64,000 nt of DNA, taken from Bacteroidales bacterium (GTDB lineage: Bacteria > Bacteroidota > Bacteroidia > Bacteroidales > UBA3663). Positions within the stretch are counted from its first letter, which is position 1. Each line of letters starts with the position of its first letter. Below the pieces are notes generated by a model. It did no database searches. It was not told the DNA's origin and saw only the letters and a list, made by a program, of their open reading frames with translations. The position numbers were made by a program, and so were the translations under genes. The stretch covers positions 2,809 through 66,808 of the forward strand of contig JAZRVB010000162.1 of the NCBI GenBank assembly GCA_045598885.1, read 5' to 3'. This document shows, in pieces, positions 1 to 9,865 of the stretch.

Positions 1-431
1 TCAAGAATCCTAAGCAGTGTGCTACGGCCGACGGCGGCCGTGTAGGCCTCGACGGCACTTTTGTGTGCATGGGCAATCCGCACTTCGTACAGTTCGTCGA
101 GGACTCTTGTGCCATCGATCTGCCAGTCGACGGCAAGAAGCTGGAGTTCGATCCGATGTTCCCTGAGCGCTGCAACATTGAGTACGCTACCTTGCGTCAG
201 GATGGCAGCATCCGCATGAGAGTGTGGGAGCGTGGCAGTGGCATCACCTGGGCCTGCGGTACAGGCGCTTGTGCCACGGCTGTAGCAGCATGTCTCAATG
301 GCCTCACCGGTCGTGAGAGCGACATCGAGATGGATGGCGGCACGTTGCATATCGAGTGGCGCGAGAGTGATAATCATGTTTATATGACGGGACCTGCGGC
401 GATTGCGTTCGAAGGCACCATCGAAGAGTGA
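1..431 (+). CDS. dapF: diaminopimelate epimerase, C-terminal part (5' end lies outside the window)
   Basis: Frame 3 is open from base 3. The translation ...[13 protein letters not shown]...[22 protein letters not shown] carries the second catalytic-Cys motif typical of DapF. dapL lies next door. Confidence 0.9.
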   Translation, partial: KNPKQCATADGGRVGLDGTFVCMGNPHFVQFVEDSCAIDLPVDGKKLEFDPMFPERCNIEYATLRQDGSIRMRVWERGSGITWACGTGACATAVAACLNGLTGRESDIEMDGGTLHIEWRESDNHVYMTGPAAIAFEGTIEE

Positions 432-646
432 ACCTACGCCCAGACAGACCCTCCCCCGGCCCCTCCCTCGCTAAAGCTCGTCTTCTCGCTGAAGGCTTAT
501 CAAGCCTTCTTATCGCTGCGAGGACCACAAGGGAGGGGAGTGGTTAGAACTAGTATATAATTAGCAAATAGGATAACAAAAACCTCAACCCTCCGAGGTA
601 ATTACTCCCCTCCCTTGTGGAGGGGTAGGGGGAGGGTCTTCTTAAT

Positions 647-1894
647 ATGGTATACGTTAACGATAACTTCCTCAAACTTCCTTCCAGCTACCTCTTCTCC
701 ACCATCGCGCAGAAGGTAGCAGCATTCAAGGCCGCACATCCAGAGGCCAACGTCATCCGTCTCGGCATCGGCGACGTCACACAGCCATTGTGTCCAGCCG
801 TCATCGAGGCTCTGCACAAGGCGGTCGATGAGATGGCCAGCGGCGAGACCTTCCGTGGCTACGGTCCTGAGCATGGCTATTCGTTCCTGCAGGACGCCAT
901 CATCGCCAATGACTTCGCGCCACGTGGCATTACCCTCGAGCGTGACGAGGTCTTCATCAACGACGGTGCCAAGAGCGATACCGGCAACATCGGCGATATC
1001 CTCGGCCTCGAGAACACGCTCTGTATGACCGATCCGATCTATCCTGTCTACGTCGATAGCAACGCCATGTGTGGCCGCGCTGGTGACCTCATGGCCGACG
1101 GCAAGTGGACACGCATCGAGTACCTGCCATGCAACGCCGAGAATAACTTCATCCCAAGCCTTCCACAGGGCAACAAGGAGACCGGCGAGGCTCCATCGGT
1201 CATCTATCTCTGCTATCCAAACAATCCTACCGGCACCGTCATCACCCGCGAAGAGCTCAAGAAATGGGTCGACTACGCCCTCGCTCATGACTCATTGATC
1301 ATGTACGATGCCGCCTACGAGGCTTACATTCAGGAGGAGGACATCCCTCATTCTATCTACGAGATCGAAGGTGCTAAGAAGTGCGCTATCGAGTTCCACA
1401 GCTACTCTAAGACCGCTGGCTTCACCGGCGTCCGCTGCGGCTATACCATCGTCCCTAAGGAGGTCACAGCCGTCGCTAAGGATGGCAAGCGCGTCGCTCT
1501 CAATCCGCTCTGGAATCGTCGTCAGTGCACCAAGTTCAATGGCACCAGCTACATTCAGCATCGCGCCGCAGAGGCCATCTATACCCCAGAAGGCAAGCAG
1601 CAGGTCAAGGCGACCATCGACTACTATATGAACAACGCCAAGATCATGCGCGAGTCGCTCACCAAGCTCGGCTATGAGGTCTATGGTGGCGTCAATGCAC
1701 CTTACATCTGGCTTCGTTGTCCTAAGGGTATGACCTCGTGGGAGTTCTTCGACTACCTGCTCAACGGTCCACACATCGTCGGTACCCCAGGTGTCGGCTT
1801 CGGTCCTGCTGGCGAAGGCTACTTCCGCCTCACCGCTTTCGGCAACCGTGAGGATTGCGAGGAGGCTATGCAGCGACTCGCAGCGCTCAAATAA
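647..1894 (+). CDS. dapL: LL-diaminopimelate aminotransferase
   Basis: 415 aa. The N-terminus VNDNFLKLPSSYLF and the PLP-lysine block SYSKTAGFTGVRCGY match the DapL-type class I aminotransferase family. Adjacent to dapF. Confidence 0.9.
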   Translation: MVYVNDNFLKLPSSYLFSTIAQKVAAFKAAHPEANVIRLGIGDVTQPLCPAVIEALHKAVDEMASGETFRGYGPEHGYSFLQDAIIANDFAPRGITLERDEVFINDGAKSDTGNIGDILGLENTLCMTDPIYPVYVDSNAMCGRAGDLMADGKWTRIEYLPCNAENNFIPSLPQGNKETGEAPSVIYLCYPNNPTGTVITREELKKWVDYALAHDSLIMYDAAYEAYIQEEDIPHSIYEIEGAKKCAIEFHSYSKTAGFTGVRCGYTIVPKEVTAVAKDGKRVALNPLWNRRQCTKFNGTSYIQHRAAEAIYTPEGKQQVKATIDYYMNNAKIMRESLTKLGYEVYGGVNAPYIWLRCPKGMTSWEFFDYLLNGPHIVGTPGVGFGPAGEGYFRLTAFGNREDCEEAMQRLAALK

Positions 1895-2057
1895 AGCGTC
1901 AGCAGCGCTCTGAAAAGGCGTCTGCATCGCACTGAATAGAGATTCCTTTTTGTTGTTTTTATTCCCGTTATTCCATCTTTTCGCGAGGAAAGGTGGAATA
2001 ATTGTCTATGCAGTGCGATTTTCGAGATAAAAAGTTGTATGCGATGTGAATAATTCC

Positions 2058-2065
2058 TATCTTTG
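2058..2065 (+). promoter_or_regulatory. Bacteroidetes -7 promoter box (TATCTTTG)
   Basis: Matches TAnnTTTG, 43 nt upstream of the GH43 ATG at 2108. Confidence 0.45.
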
Positions 2066-2107
2066 TGCCGTAGATTAACCAACACACACCGTTACACTAT
2101 TAGAGAC

Positions 2108-3139
2108 ATGAGAAAGCTCTTTACCGCGCTCCTGGCCATGAGCGCCCTGTCGATGGCCACTGCACAGCATCAGTTCGATGCCAACTATCCTGACGTCCAT
2201 GACCCAGTGATGGCTCAAGGCGAGGATGGCCGATACTATATGTTCACCACCGGCTTCGGCGTAGGTGTCATGTCGAGCGCCGACATGAAAGTCTGGCAGC
2301 AGGAGCAGCCGATCTTCGGTCGCGACGAGATCCCTGCTTGGGCCAAAGATACCGTCCCTGGCTATATGGGTCACACCTGGGCACCAGACATCAGCTACCA
2401 GCAGGGACAGTGGCTGTGCTACTACAGCTGCTCCACCTTCGGCAAGAACGGCAGTGCTATTGGCTTGGCAGTCAATAAGACGCTCGATGTCAATTCTCCT
2501 GATTTCAAGTGGCAGGACAAAGGTCTCGTCATCGCCTCACACAAAGGCCGTGACAACTGGAATGCCATCGACCCTAACCTCATCATCGACCAGCAGACAG
2601 GCGCACCTTACCTGACCTACGGCTCGTTCTGGGACGGCATCCAGCTCGTAGCGCTCGACAAGGACTTCCAGACCCCTCTCACAGCCCCTACCACCATCGC
2701 ACGCCGCCTCGACCATCATCGTGACCTCAAGGACATCGAGTTCACCGTCGAGAACGGCCGTGACACCATCGAGGCAGGCGACAACGCCATCGAGGCTCCG
2801 TTCATGATCTATAACGACGGCTACTACTACCTCTTCGTCAGCTGGGATTACTGCTGCCGAGGCAAGAACAGCACCTACAAGACCGTCTACGGCCGCTCAC
2901 GCAGCATCACCGGCCCATTCCTCGATCGCAACGGTCAGGACATGGCCTATGGCGGTGGCACCATGCTCGTAGGTCCTACCGACCGCTATTTCGGCATGGG
3001 TCACAACTCCGCTTATCAGTTCGGCGGCCAGTGGTACTTCATCTGCCACGCCTACGATTCTGAGGTCGGCGCCCGCTCCAAGCTCTATGTCCGTCCGATG
3101 ACGTTCGACGGGGAGGGGTGGATTGCCTTAGGGAAATAG
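2108..3139 (+). CDS. glycoside hydrolase family 43 protein (endo-arabinanase-like five-bladed propeller)
   Basis: Signal peptide MRKLFTALLAMSALSMATAQ. Blocks HDPVM..YYMFTTG, HTWAPDI, NAIDPNLI, NAIEAPF and WYFICHAY fit GH43. Start moved from the ORF-track 2063 to the ATG at 2108. Confidence 0.8.
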   Translation: MRKLFTALLAMSALSMATAQHQFDANYPDVHDPVMAQGEDGRYYMFTTGFGVGVMSSADMKVWQQEQPIFGRDEIPAWAKDTVPGYMGHTWAPDISYQQGQWLCYYSCSTFGKNGSAIGLAVNKTLDVNSPDFKWQDKGLVIASHKGRDNWNAIDPNLIIDQQTGAPYLTYGSFWDGIQLVALDKDFQTPLTAPTTIARRLDHHRDLKDIEFTVENGRDTIEAGDNAIEAPFMIYNDGYYYLFVSWDYCCRGKNSTYKTVYGRSRSITGPFLDRNGQDMAYGGGTMLVGPTDRYFGMGHNSAYQFGGQWYFICHAYDSEVGARSKLYVRPMTFDGEGWIALGK

Positions 3140-3203
3140 TATCAAGAAAAAGACTAACTTAATGATTATAACATCAGATAATAACTAAAACTTATTTATT
3201 CAA

Positions 3204-3935
3204 ATGGAATGTATTAAAGGAAAATGGGCTCTGGTCACCGGAGCCAGTCGTGGCATTGGTGCCTTGGTAGCCGACAGACTCGCTGATTACGGATGTAACC
3301 TCGTGTTGCACAGCCGTAGCATTGCACACCTCGACAAGGTAGCTGAAAAGGCTATGCAGAAGGGTGTCAAGGTCATGACAGTGGCTGCAAACCTTGAAGA
3401 TGAGAACGAGGTACGCGCTATGCTAAAGAAAATTGATGACGAAGGCCTGAACATCGAATATGTGCTCAATAACGCAGGTATTCAGGTGACTTATCGTTCG
3501 GAGATATTCGACACTCCCGCCATTGATTTCGTCGATAGCCTGAAGGTCAATATCATCGCACCTATGATCATCTGCTACCACTACCTGCCTCGCATGATGA
3601 AGGCAGGTTACGGTCGTATCGTCAATACCACAAGCGGTATCGACAAGGAACCACAGCAGGCCGCCTACTCTGCCAGCAAGGCAGGTCTTGACAAGGTGAC
3701 TAAGGATCTTGGCACCCTGGTGGAAGGAACCAACGTCATGATCAATCTGATCGATCCGGGCTGGTGCAGAACGGATCTCGGTGGCCCTAAGGCGCCAAAT
3801 GCACCAGAGAGCGCTGTCACTGGTGCTGTGCTGGGTGTGTTCTTGTCAGACAAGAAGTCTGGGCGTATCATTAGTGCACAGGACTTCGCTAACATGTCTG
3901 TTGAAGACGCTGTCAAGAAGTTCGAAGCGGTGTAA
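3204..3935 (+). CDS. SDR family oxidoreductase
   Basis: TGASRGIG dinucleotide motif, NNAG, and the catalytic YSASKAG (YxxxK). Confidence 0.85.
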   Translation: MECIKGKWALVTGASRGIGALVADRLADYGCNLVLHSRSIAHLDKVAEKAMQKGVKVMTVAANLEDENEVRAMLKKIDDEGLNIEYVLNNAGIQVTYRSEIFDTPAIDFVDSLKVNIIAPMIICYHYLPRMMKAGYGRIVNTTSGIDKEPQQAAYSASKAGLDKVTKDLGTLVEGTNVMINLIDPGWCRTDLGGPKAPNAPESAVTGAVLGVFLSDKKSGRIISAQDFANMSVEDAVKKFEAV

Positions 3936-3961
3936 TGAGCAAGGAATAAGTTATATTTGCA

Positions 3962-3969
3962 GCGCCTAA
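3962..3969 (+). promoter_or_regulatory. -7 promoter box (TATATTTG)
   Basis: TAnnTTTG followed by CAGCGCC, 26 nt upstream of the ATG at 3995. Part of a 27-nt module that recurs at 44993-45019. Confidence 0.45.
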
Positions 3970-3994
3970 GTTGTCATTCAAATTTCAACCTTAT

Positions 3995-5284
3995 ATGTTG
4001 ACCAAACTTTTCGGATTTGATCCAAAGACCATGACGCTCAAGAAGGAGATCATGGGCGGCATCACCACCTTCCTCACCATGGCCTATATTCTGGCTGTGA
4101 ATCCAAGTATTCTGGGCGATGCCGGTATGGATCAGGGTGCAGTCTTTACAGCGTCTGCTGTCTCGGCCGTTGTTGCCACGCTGGTGATGGCTCTCTATGC
4201 CAAACTGCCGTATGTGCTGGCTCCTGGCATGGGTTTGAATGCATTCTTTGCCTATACCATCGTACTTACTATGGGGTATACCTGGCAGTTTGCCTTGACT
4301 GCGGTCTTCATAGAGGGTCTTATCTTTATCCTGCTGACGATCTCTGGTTTACGGCAGAAGATTGTAGAATGCATGCCATTGCTGTTGCGTCGCTCGATCT
4401 CACCAGGTATCGGCCTTTTCATCACCTTCATCGGTCTGAAGAATGCGGGAATCGTTACTGCCAACTCCTCGACATTGATTACCATGGGCAATCTGCATGA
4501 TCCTGCGGTGCTGCTGGCCTGCGGTGGCATCATGCTCTCTGCCATTCTCCTGATCCGCAGAGTGACTGGTGCGCTTCTGATCGGTATTCTGGTCACTACT
4601 ATCGTAGGTATTCCTTTAGGGGTCACCCACTTTACCTCTTTAGTCAGCGCTCCTCCCAGCATTGCTCCGGTCTTCTGTCAGCTTGAGTGGGCGAACATGC
4701 TGAGTATCGATCTGGTGATCTGTGTGCTTACGCTTCTTTTTGTCGATATGTTCGATACCATTGGCACGCTCATCGGCGTGAGCACTCGTGCAGGGATGGT
4801 AGACGAGAAGGGGAGTATTCCTCACCTGAAAGACGCTTTCATGGCCGATGCCATCGGTACTACTTTGGGCGCCGTATTAGGTACGTCTACTGTCACGACT
4901 TTTGTCGAGAGTGCATCGGGTGTCAATGTCGGTGGCCGAAGTGGTTTGACCGCATTTACCTCTGCTATCTGCTTTGCGCTGGCTTTGTTCTTTGCTCCTC
5001 TTTTCCTGGCAATTCCTGGTGAGGCGACAGCTCCGGCGCTGGTAGTGGTAGGAGTGATGATGATGAATGATATCCGTGAGATCGATTTTCGGGATTTGGT
5101 ATCTGCGATTCCATGCTTCATCTGCATTGTTTTCATGCCATTTACTAATTCCATCTCTGATGGCATCCTGATGGGCCTGATATCCTGGGTACTGATCCAT
5201 TTCTGCAACGGTAAGTCTAAGGAACTGAATCTCGGTATGATCATCCTGGCTGTCCTTTTCGTGCTTAAGTACGCTTTCCTTTAA
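3995..5284 (+). CDS. NCS2 family permease (AzgA-like adenine/guanine/hypoxanthine permease)
   Basis: GGITTFLTMAYILAVNPSIL, many hydrophobic spans and a length of about 430 aa. Start taken at ATG 3995 rather than the TTG at 3971. Confidence 0.8.
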   Translation: MLTKLFGFDPKTMTLKKEIMGGITTFLTMAYILAVNPSILGDAGMDQGAVFTASAVSAVVATLVMALYAKLPYVLAPGMGLNAFFAYTIVLTMGYTWQFALTAVFIEGLIFILLTISGLRQKIVECMPLLLRRSISPGIGLFITFIGLKNAGIVTANSSTLITMGNLHDPAVLLACGGIMLSAILLIRRVTGALLIGILVTTIVGIPLGVTHFTSLVSAPPSIAPVFCQLEWANMLSIDLVICVLTLLFVDMFDTIGTLIGVSTRAGMVDEKGSIPHLKDAFMADAIGTTLGAVLGTSTVTTFVESASGVNVGGRSGLTAFTSAICFALALFFAPLFLAIPGEATAPALVVVGVMMMNDIREIDFRDLVSAIPCFICIVFMPFTNSISDGILMGLISWVLIHFCNGKSKELNLGMIILAVLFVLKYAFL

Positions 5285-5335
5285 TAATACGTTCCCTTTA
5301 ATATTTAGCCGTATTATTGATTCTGTACTATTTAC

Positions 5336-5366
5336 AAAATGCCTCTAAATTGGGGCATTTTTTTTT
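5336..5366 (+). terminator. Rho-independent terminator
   Basis: AAAATGCC / GGCATTTT stem around a 10-nt loop, followed by a T-run, 50 nt after the permease stop. Confidence 0.6.
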
Positions 5367-5436
5367 GTTCCTATACTATTAATACTTTATTAAGTACTTT
5401 TTAGACTTAATATTTGGAGATGTCGAGAAAATGCTG

Positions 5437-5444
5437 TATTTTTG
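5437..5444 (+). promoter_or_regulatory. -7 promoter box (TATTTTTG) for the RND operon
   Basis: TAnnTTTG 49 nt upstream of the ATG at 5493. Confidence 0.4.
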
Positions 5445-5492
5445 CCGCGTGCATATATTATTGATAATTGTCATTTATTAATATATTTTTCT

Positions 5493-6566
5493 ATGAAAAG
5501 ACCTTTTGTATTGTCGATGTTGGCCACGGGCTTGTTATCTGCATTGCTATGGTGCAGTTGTAGCCAGGGACAGAAGAATGAGAAGCAGTTGCCGCAGGTG
5601 AGGTTGGCATACGCCGAGCTTTGCGCCGATGAACAGATGAATACCTATCCGGGACGTACACAGGCGTCGGAGACGTCGAACGCGTCGTTCCGTGTGAGCG
5701 GTACGCTGGACAGTGTGCCGGTGAAGGTGGGTGATCACGTCCGTCAGGGACAGGTCATCGCCCGTATGGACAGCCGTGACTATGAGGTGCAGCTTAAGGC
5801 TGTGACTGCAGAATATGAAAGTACCAAGGCAGAGTGCGAGCGTATCATCGCGCTCTATCAGGACAACGGTACGAGTCAGAATAACTATGATAAAGCGCGC
5901 TTCGGTCTGGAGCAAATCACGATGAAGTATCAGCATGCCCAGGATCAGGTGGCCGACTGTGTGCTTCGTGCTCCGTTCGACGGCTATGTGCAGTCGGTCT
6001 TCCATGAGAGTCATGAGACCGTTTCGGCTGGTATGCCGATCGTGGGCCTCTTCGCCTCAAAGGGCGTGGAGGTGGTGATCTATGTGCCAGCGGTGGAGTA
6101 TCTGCGCTCGGCCGACTTCAGCCGTTTCCATGCTTCGTTTGACGCCATGCCAGGCAAGATCTACAACCTGCGCCTCCTTGCCATCGGTCAGAAGGCCAAT
6201 GCCAACCAGCTCTATGAGGTGCGTTTCCTGCTGGAAGATGCCGACAAGCTGATCACTCCGGGTATGACGGCCATGGTGGACATCCTCTACAAGGAGCAGG
6301 ACAACATCCCACTGGAGATTCCTACCAATGCAGTCTTTGCTGAAGGCGAGCAGAGCTATGTCTTCGTATACGATGAGGCCAGTGGTACGATCTGCAAGAC
6401 GGAGGTTCGTATGTCGATCATCGAGAGCAACGGCAAGGTCAAGGTCATCAAGGGCCTCGAACCTGGCCAGAGAGTGGTTACTGCCGGCGTGCATCATCTG
6501 ACCGACGGCCAGCAGGTAGTACCGAGTGCAACCGTAAGTAAAACCAACGTAGGAGGCCTGTTATGA
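5493..6566 (+). CDS. efflux RND transporter periplasmic adaptor subunit
   Basis: Lipoprotein-type signal (...ALLWCSC) and HlyD/MFP-like barrel-sandwich and hairpin regions. 4-nt overlap with the RND pump gene. Start moved to the ATG at 5493. Confidence 0.85.
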   Translation: MKRPFVLSMLATGLLSALLWCSCSQGQKNEKQLPQVRLAYAELCADEQMNTYPGRTQASETSNASFRVSGTLDSVPVKVGDHVRQGQVIARMDSRDYEVQLKAVTAEYESTKAECERIIALYQDNGTSQNNYDKARFGLEQITMKYQHAQDQVADCVLRAPFDGYVQSVFHESHETVSAGMPIVGLFASKGVEVVIYVPAVEYLRSADFSRFHASFDAMPGKIYNLRLLAIGQKANANQLYEVRFLLEDADKLITPGMTAMVDILYKEQDNIPLEIPTNAVFAEGEQSYVFVYDEASGTICKTEVRMSIIESNGKVKVIKGLEPGQRVVTAGVHHLTDGQQVVPSATVSKTNVGGLL

Positions 6567-9500
6567 GTTTCGATTTTGGTAAATGGTCGTTCGACAACAG
6601 TAAGCTCGTCAGCTTCCTGATTGCCGTCCTGATCGTTGGCGGCATGGTGAGCTACTATGTGCTGCCAAAGCTTGAGGATCCTGAGCTGAAGGTGCGACAG
6701 GCGCTGGTCGTAGGCGTCTATCCGGGTGCATCGGCTCATGAGGTGGAACTGCAGCTGGTCGATCCGTTGGAGAAATCTATCCGACAGACGCCGGACGTGA
6801 AGTCGGTAGAGTCGGCCTGCTATGCCGATATGTGTCTGATGACCGTGGAACTGATCAGTACGGTGCCTAACGAGGAACTGGAGCAGCACTGGGACATCAT
6901 GCGTCGCAAGGTGCAGGGTGCCGCGTTGCCAGAGGGTGTGGCTTCGGTGCAGGTCAAGGATGACTTCGGCGATGTATTCGGTATGTTCTATGCCATCACA
7001 GGCGATGGCATGAGTGATAAGGAACTCTCTGACTATGCGGAGTATGTGAAGCGCGAACTTGCGCTGATTGAAGGTGTGAAGCGTATCGATATCTACGGCA
7101 AGCGCTCGGAATGTATCAATGTGACGCTGCGTCAGGACCGTCTGGCCCATCTGGGAGTGTCGCCTATCGAGGTGATACAGACGCTCAACGGACAGAGTGA
7201 GTCGGTCTATGGCGGATACTTCGAGAATGGCAACAACCGCATCCGTGTGTCGGTAGGTAACCGCTCGAATGCTGTAGAGGATATAGAGAACCTCATCGTG
7301 CAAGGCCATGAGAATGACCAGCTGCGACTGAAGGATCTGGCATACGTGCATAATGAATATGACGAGCCGGTTCGCAACTCGATGACCTTCGACGGTGACC
7401 GTTCATTGGGTATCAGCATCTCGGCTTCGTCAGGTGTCGATGTCACCAAATTAGGTGCAGCGGTCGATGAGCGTATGGAGGAGCTGAAGATGGCCATGCC
7501 GGTGGGAGTGGAGTTCCATAAGGTCTTCTACCAGCCGGAGCGTGTCAGCAATGCACTCAATACGTTTATCATCAACCTCATTGAGTCTATTGCCCTGGTG
7601 GTGCTGGTGCTCATTTTCTTCATGGGATGGCGCTCAGGTCTGATCATCGGTTATGCATTGCTCGTCATCGTGCTGGGTTCGATCCTGATCCTCAATGGTC
7701 TGGACGGTACGTTGCAGCGCGTGTCGCTGGCTTCGTTCATCCTGGCCATGGGTATGCTGGTCGATAACGCCATCGTGATCGTCGACGGCATCCTGGTCGA
7801 CAAGAAAAAGGGATTGCCTAAGCTCGAGGCGCTGACCAGCATCGGACAGAAGACAGCCATGCCACTGCTGGGAGCTACATTGATCGCTATCCTGGCCTTC
7901 CTGCCTATCTTCATGAGTCCTGATACGACGGGTCTGTATGTGCGCGATCTCTTCATTGTCATGGCCGTGTCGCTGCTCCTGTCGTGGATCCTGGCATTGA
8001 CACACGTGCCGCTGATGGCATCGCGCCTGCTCTATAGCAAGCGTGCAGAGGCGGCTGAGAAACGTGCAGCAGAAAAAGCAGCGGCCAAGGGCATAGAGTC
8101 ATCAGAAGAGGAATATAACAGCGCTACCTATCAGCGTATGCGCCACATGCTGGATGGCCTGCTCAACCACCGCTGGACATGCGTAGTGACTGCTTTGGTA
8201 CTCTTTGCCATCAGCGCGTTCTGCTATCAGTTCCTGCCACAGGCGTTCTTCCCTGATATGGAGTACGACCAGCTCTACATGGAGTATAAGTTGCCTGAGG
8301 GACGCAACTACAAGCAGGTAGAGGCTGATCTCATCGAGATACAGCGCTATCTGAAGACGCGCTCGGAGGTCAAGCATATTGTGGCATCGACGGGTGGCAC
8401 GCCATCGCGCTACAACCTCGTCAGAAGCATCGCCTCGCCATCTTTGGCCTACGGTGAGCTGATCATCGACTTCGAGTCGCCTAAGGCGCTGGTGAAAAAT
8501 CTCAACGCCATCCAGGATACGGTCTCGCAGATGTTCCCTGACGCTTACGTCAAGTTCAAGCGCTACAACCTCATGTATAAGAAGTACCCGATCGAGGCGC
8601 AGTTTACGGGTCCTGATCCTGCCGTGCTGCACCAGCTGTCGGACAGCTGTCGTGCCATCATGGAGCGTACGGGAGCCGTGCGACTGATCACAACCGACTG
8701 GGAGCCTAAGGTGCCGATGCTCGAGATTGCCTATAACCAGCCGAATGCACGCCGTCAGAACCTCTCGCGCAAGGAGGTGGGTACGTCGGTGCTGGCTGCT
8801 ACCGATGGCATCCCTGTGGGCGTTCTTTATGAAGGTATCCACCAGAAGAAGGTCTATGTGGAGTGTGTCGACAAGAACGGCGAGCCTCTGTCAATGATCG
8901 AGGATGCTTCAGTCTTCGGATTGATCCCTAACCTGGCTTCGGTGGCCAACCAAGAGATGGTGGCCAATGCCATCAGCGGCAGGATCGACCGCAGCGTACT
9001 CATCAGCCAGCTGCTCAGCACCGTGCCACTCCGACAGGTTTCGGACGGCGTAGAGATCGAGTGGGAGGATCCTGTGGTGCTCCGTTACAACGGCCAGCGA
9101 CAGCAGCGTGTACAGGCAACGGCTGCCATCGGCATGGGTACCGAACAGGCGCGTCAGATTGTCGAGAAAGCGCTGCTTGAGGAACTGCAGCTGCCGGCTG
9201 GCTATAAGCTCGACTGGATCGGTGAGCGTGCAGCGTCGAAGGCGTCGATGAAGTATCTCTTCAACAACTATCCGTTGGCCATCATCCTGATGATCGCTAT
9301 CCTGATCATGCTCTTCAAGGACTATAAGGTGCCGACGATGATCTTCTGCTGCATACCGCTCATCCTGGTAGGTGTGATCCCTGCCGTGCTGGTGTCTGGC
9401 AAGGACTTCGGCTTCGTGGCCATCGTAGGTGTCTTAGGACTTGTGGGTATGATGATCAAGAACGGTATCGTGCTGATGGATGAGATCAACCTGCAGCTGA

Positions 9501-9724
9501 GCCTTGGCAAGGCGCCGCGCGAGGCGTTGATCTACTCGTCGTTAAGCCGTCTGCGACCTGTGTCGATGGCGTCGGTGACTACCGTCCTGGGAATGATTCC
9601 GTTGTTGCCAGATGCGATGTTCGGATCGATGGCTGCAACCATCATGGGAGGACTCATTGCGGGTACGATCATCGTACTGCTGTTCATTCCGGTGTTGTAC
9701 GCGTTGTTCTACAAAATTAATTAA
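6563..9724 (+). CDS. efflux RND transporter permease (AcrB/HAE family)
   Basis: 1053 aa with two large periplasmic loops and about 12 TM segments. GMLVDNAIVIVD and GMMIKNGIVLMD are the conserved TM4/TM10 blocks. Confidence 0.9.
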   Translation: MSFDFGKWSFDNSKLVSFLIAVLIVGGMVSYYVLPKLEDPELKVRQALVVGVYPGASAHEVELQLVDPLEKSIRQTPDVKSVESACYADMCLMTVELISTVPNEELEQHWDIMRRKVQGAALPEGVASVQVKDDFGDVFGMFYAITGDGMSDKELSDYAEYVKRELALIEGVKRIDIYGKRSECINVTLRQDRLAHLGVSPIEVIQTLNGQSESVYGGYFENGNNRIRVSVGNRSNAVEDIENLIVQGHENDQLRLKDLAYVHNEYDEPVRNSMTFDGDRSLGISISASSGVDVTKLGAAVDERMEELKMAMPVGVEFHKVFYQPERVSNALNTFIINLIESIALVVLVLIFFMGWRSGLIIGYALLVIVLGSILILNGLDGTLQRVSLASFILAMGMLVDNAIVIVDGILVDKKKGLPKLEALTSIGQKTAMPLLGATLIAILAFLPIFMSPDTTGLYVRDLFIVMAVSLLLSWILALTHVPLMASRLLYSKRAEAAEKRAAEKAAAKGIESSEEEYNSATYQRMRHMLDGLLNHRWTCVVTALVLFAISAFCYQFLPQAFFPDMEYDQLYMEYKLPEGRNYKQVEADLIEIQRYLKTRSEVKHIVASTGGTPSRYNLVRSIASPSLAYGELIIDFESPKALVKNLNAIQDTVSQMFPDAYVKFKRYNLMYKKYPIEAQFTGPDPAVLHQLSDSCRAIMERTGAVRLITTDWEPKVPMLEIAYNQPNARRQNLSRKEVGTSVLAATDGIPVGVLYEGIHQKKVYVECVDKNGEPLSMIEDASVFGLIPNLASVANQEMVANAISGRIDRSVLISQLLSTVPLRQVSDGVEIEWEDPVVLRYNGQRQQRVQATAAIGMGTEQARQIVEKALLEELQLPAGYKLDWIGERAASKASMKYLFNNYPLAIILMIAILIMLFKDYKVPTMIFCCIPLILVGVIPAVLVSGKDFGFVAIVGVLGLVGMMIKNGIVLMDEINLQLSLGKAPREALIYSSLSRLRPVSMASVTTVLGMIPLLPDAMFGSMAATIMGGLIAGTIIVLLFIPVLYALFYKIN

Positions 9725-9727
9725 AAT

Positions 9728-9860
9728 GAAGTTATAAGGGAGTTATAAGGACGATACTTTTGTCAAAACTTTTCTTTGATAACTTCTTTCGAAACAGGAA
9801 CTATTGTCCTTATGACTTCCCTATAACTTCATAACTTCCTTATAACTTCCCTATAACTTC
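9728..9860. repeat. long imperfect inverted repeat built from ATAACTTCC-type words between the RND pump and TolC genes
   Basis: GAAGTTATAAGGGAGTTATAAGGAC (9728-9752) faces GTCCTTATGACTTCCCTATAACTTC... (9806-9860). The right arm contains extra stuttered ATAACTTCC copies. Confidence 0.8.
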
Positions 9861-9865
9861 TATTC

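Noticed and set aside
602-1288. Long antisense or alternative-frame ORFs inside well-supported genes (for example 602-1288, 6494-7351, 12820-13662, 40564-41775, 53425-54441, 54438-55271 and 62113-63030).
   Set aside because: Each lies entirely opposite a gene with clear family motifs. Such shadow ORFs are expected in GC-biased coding sequence. No independent start or promoter signals were seen.
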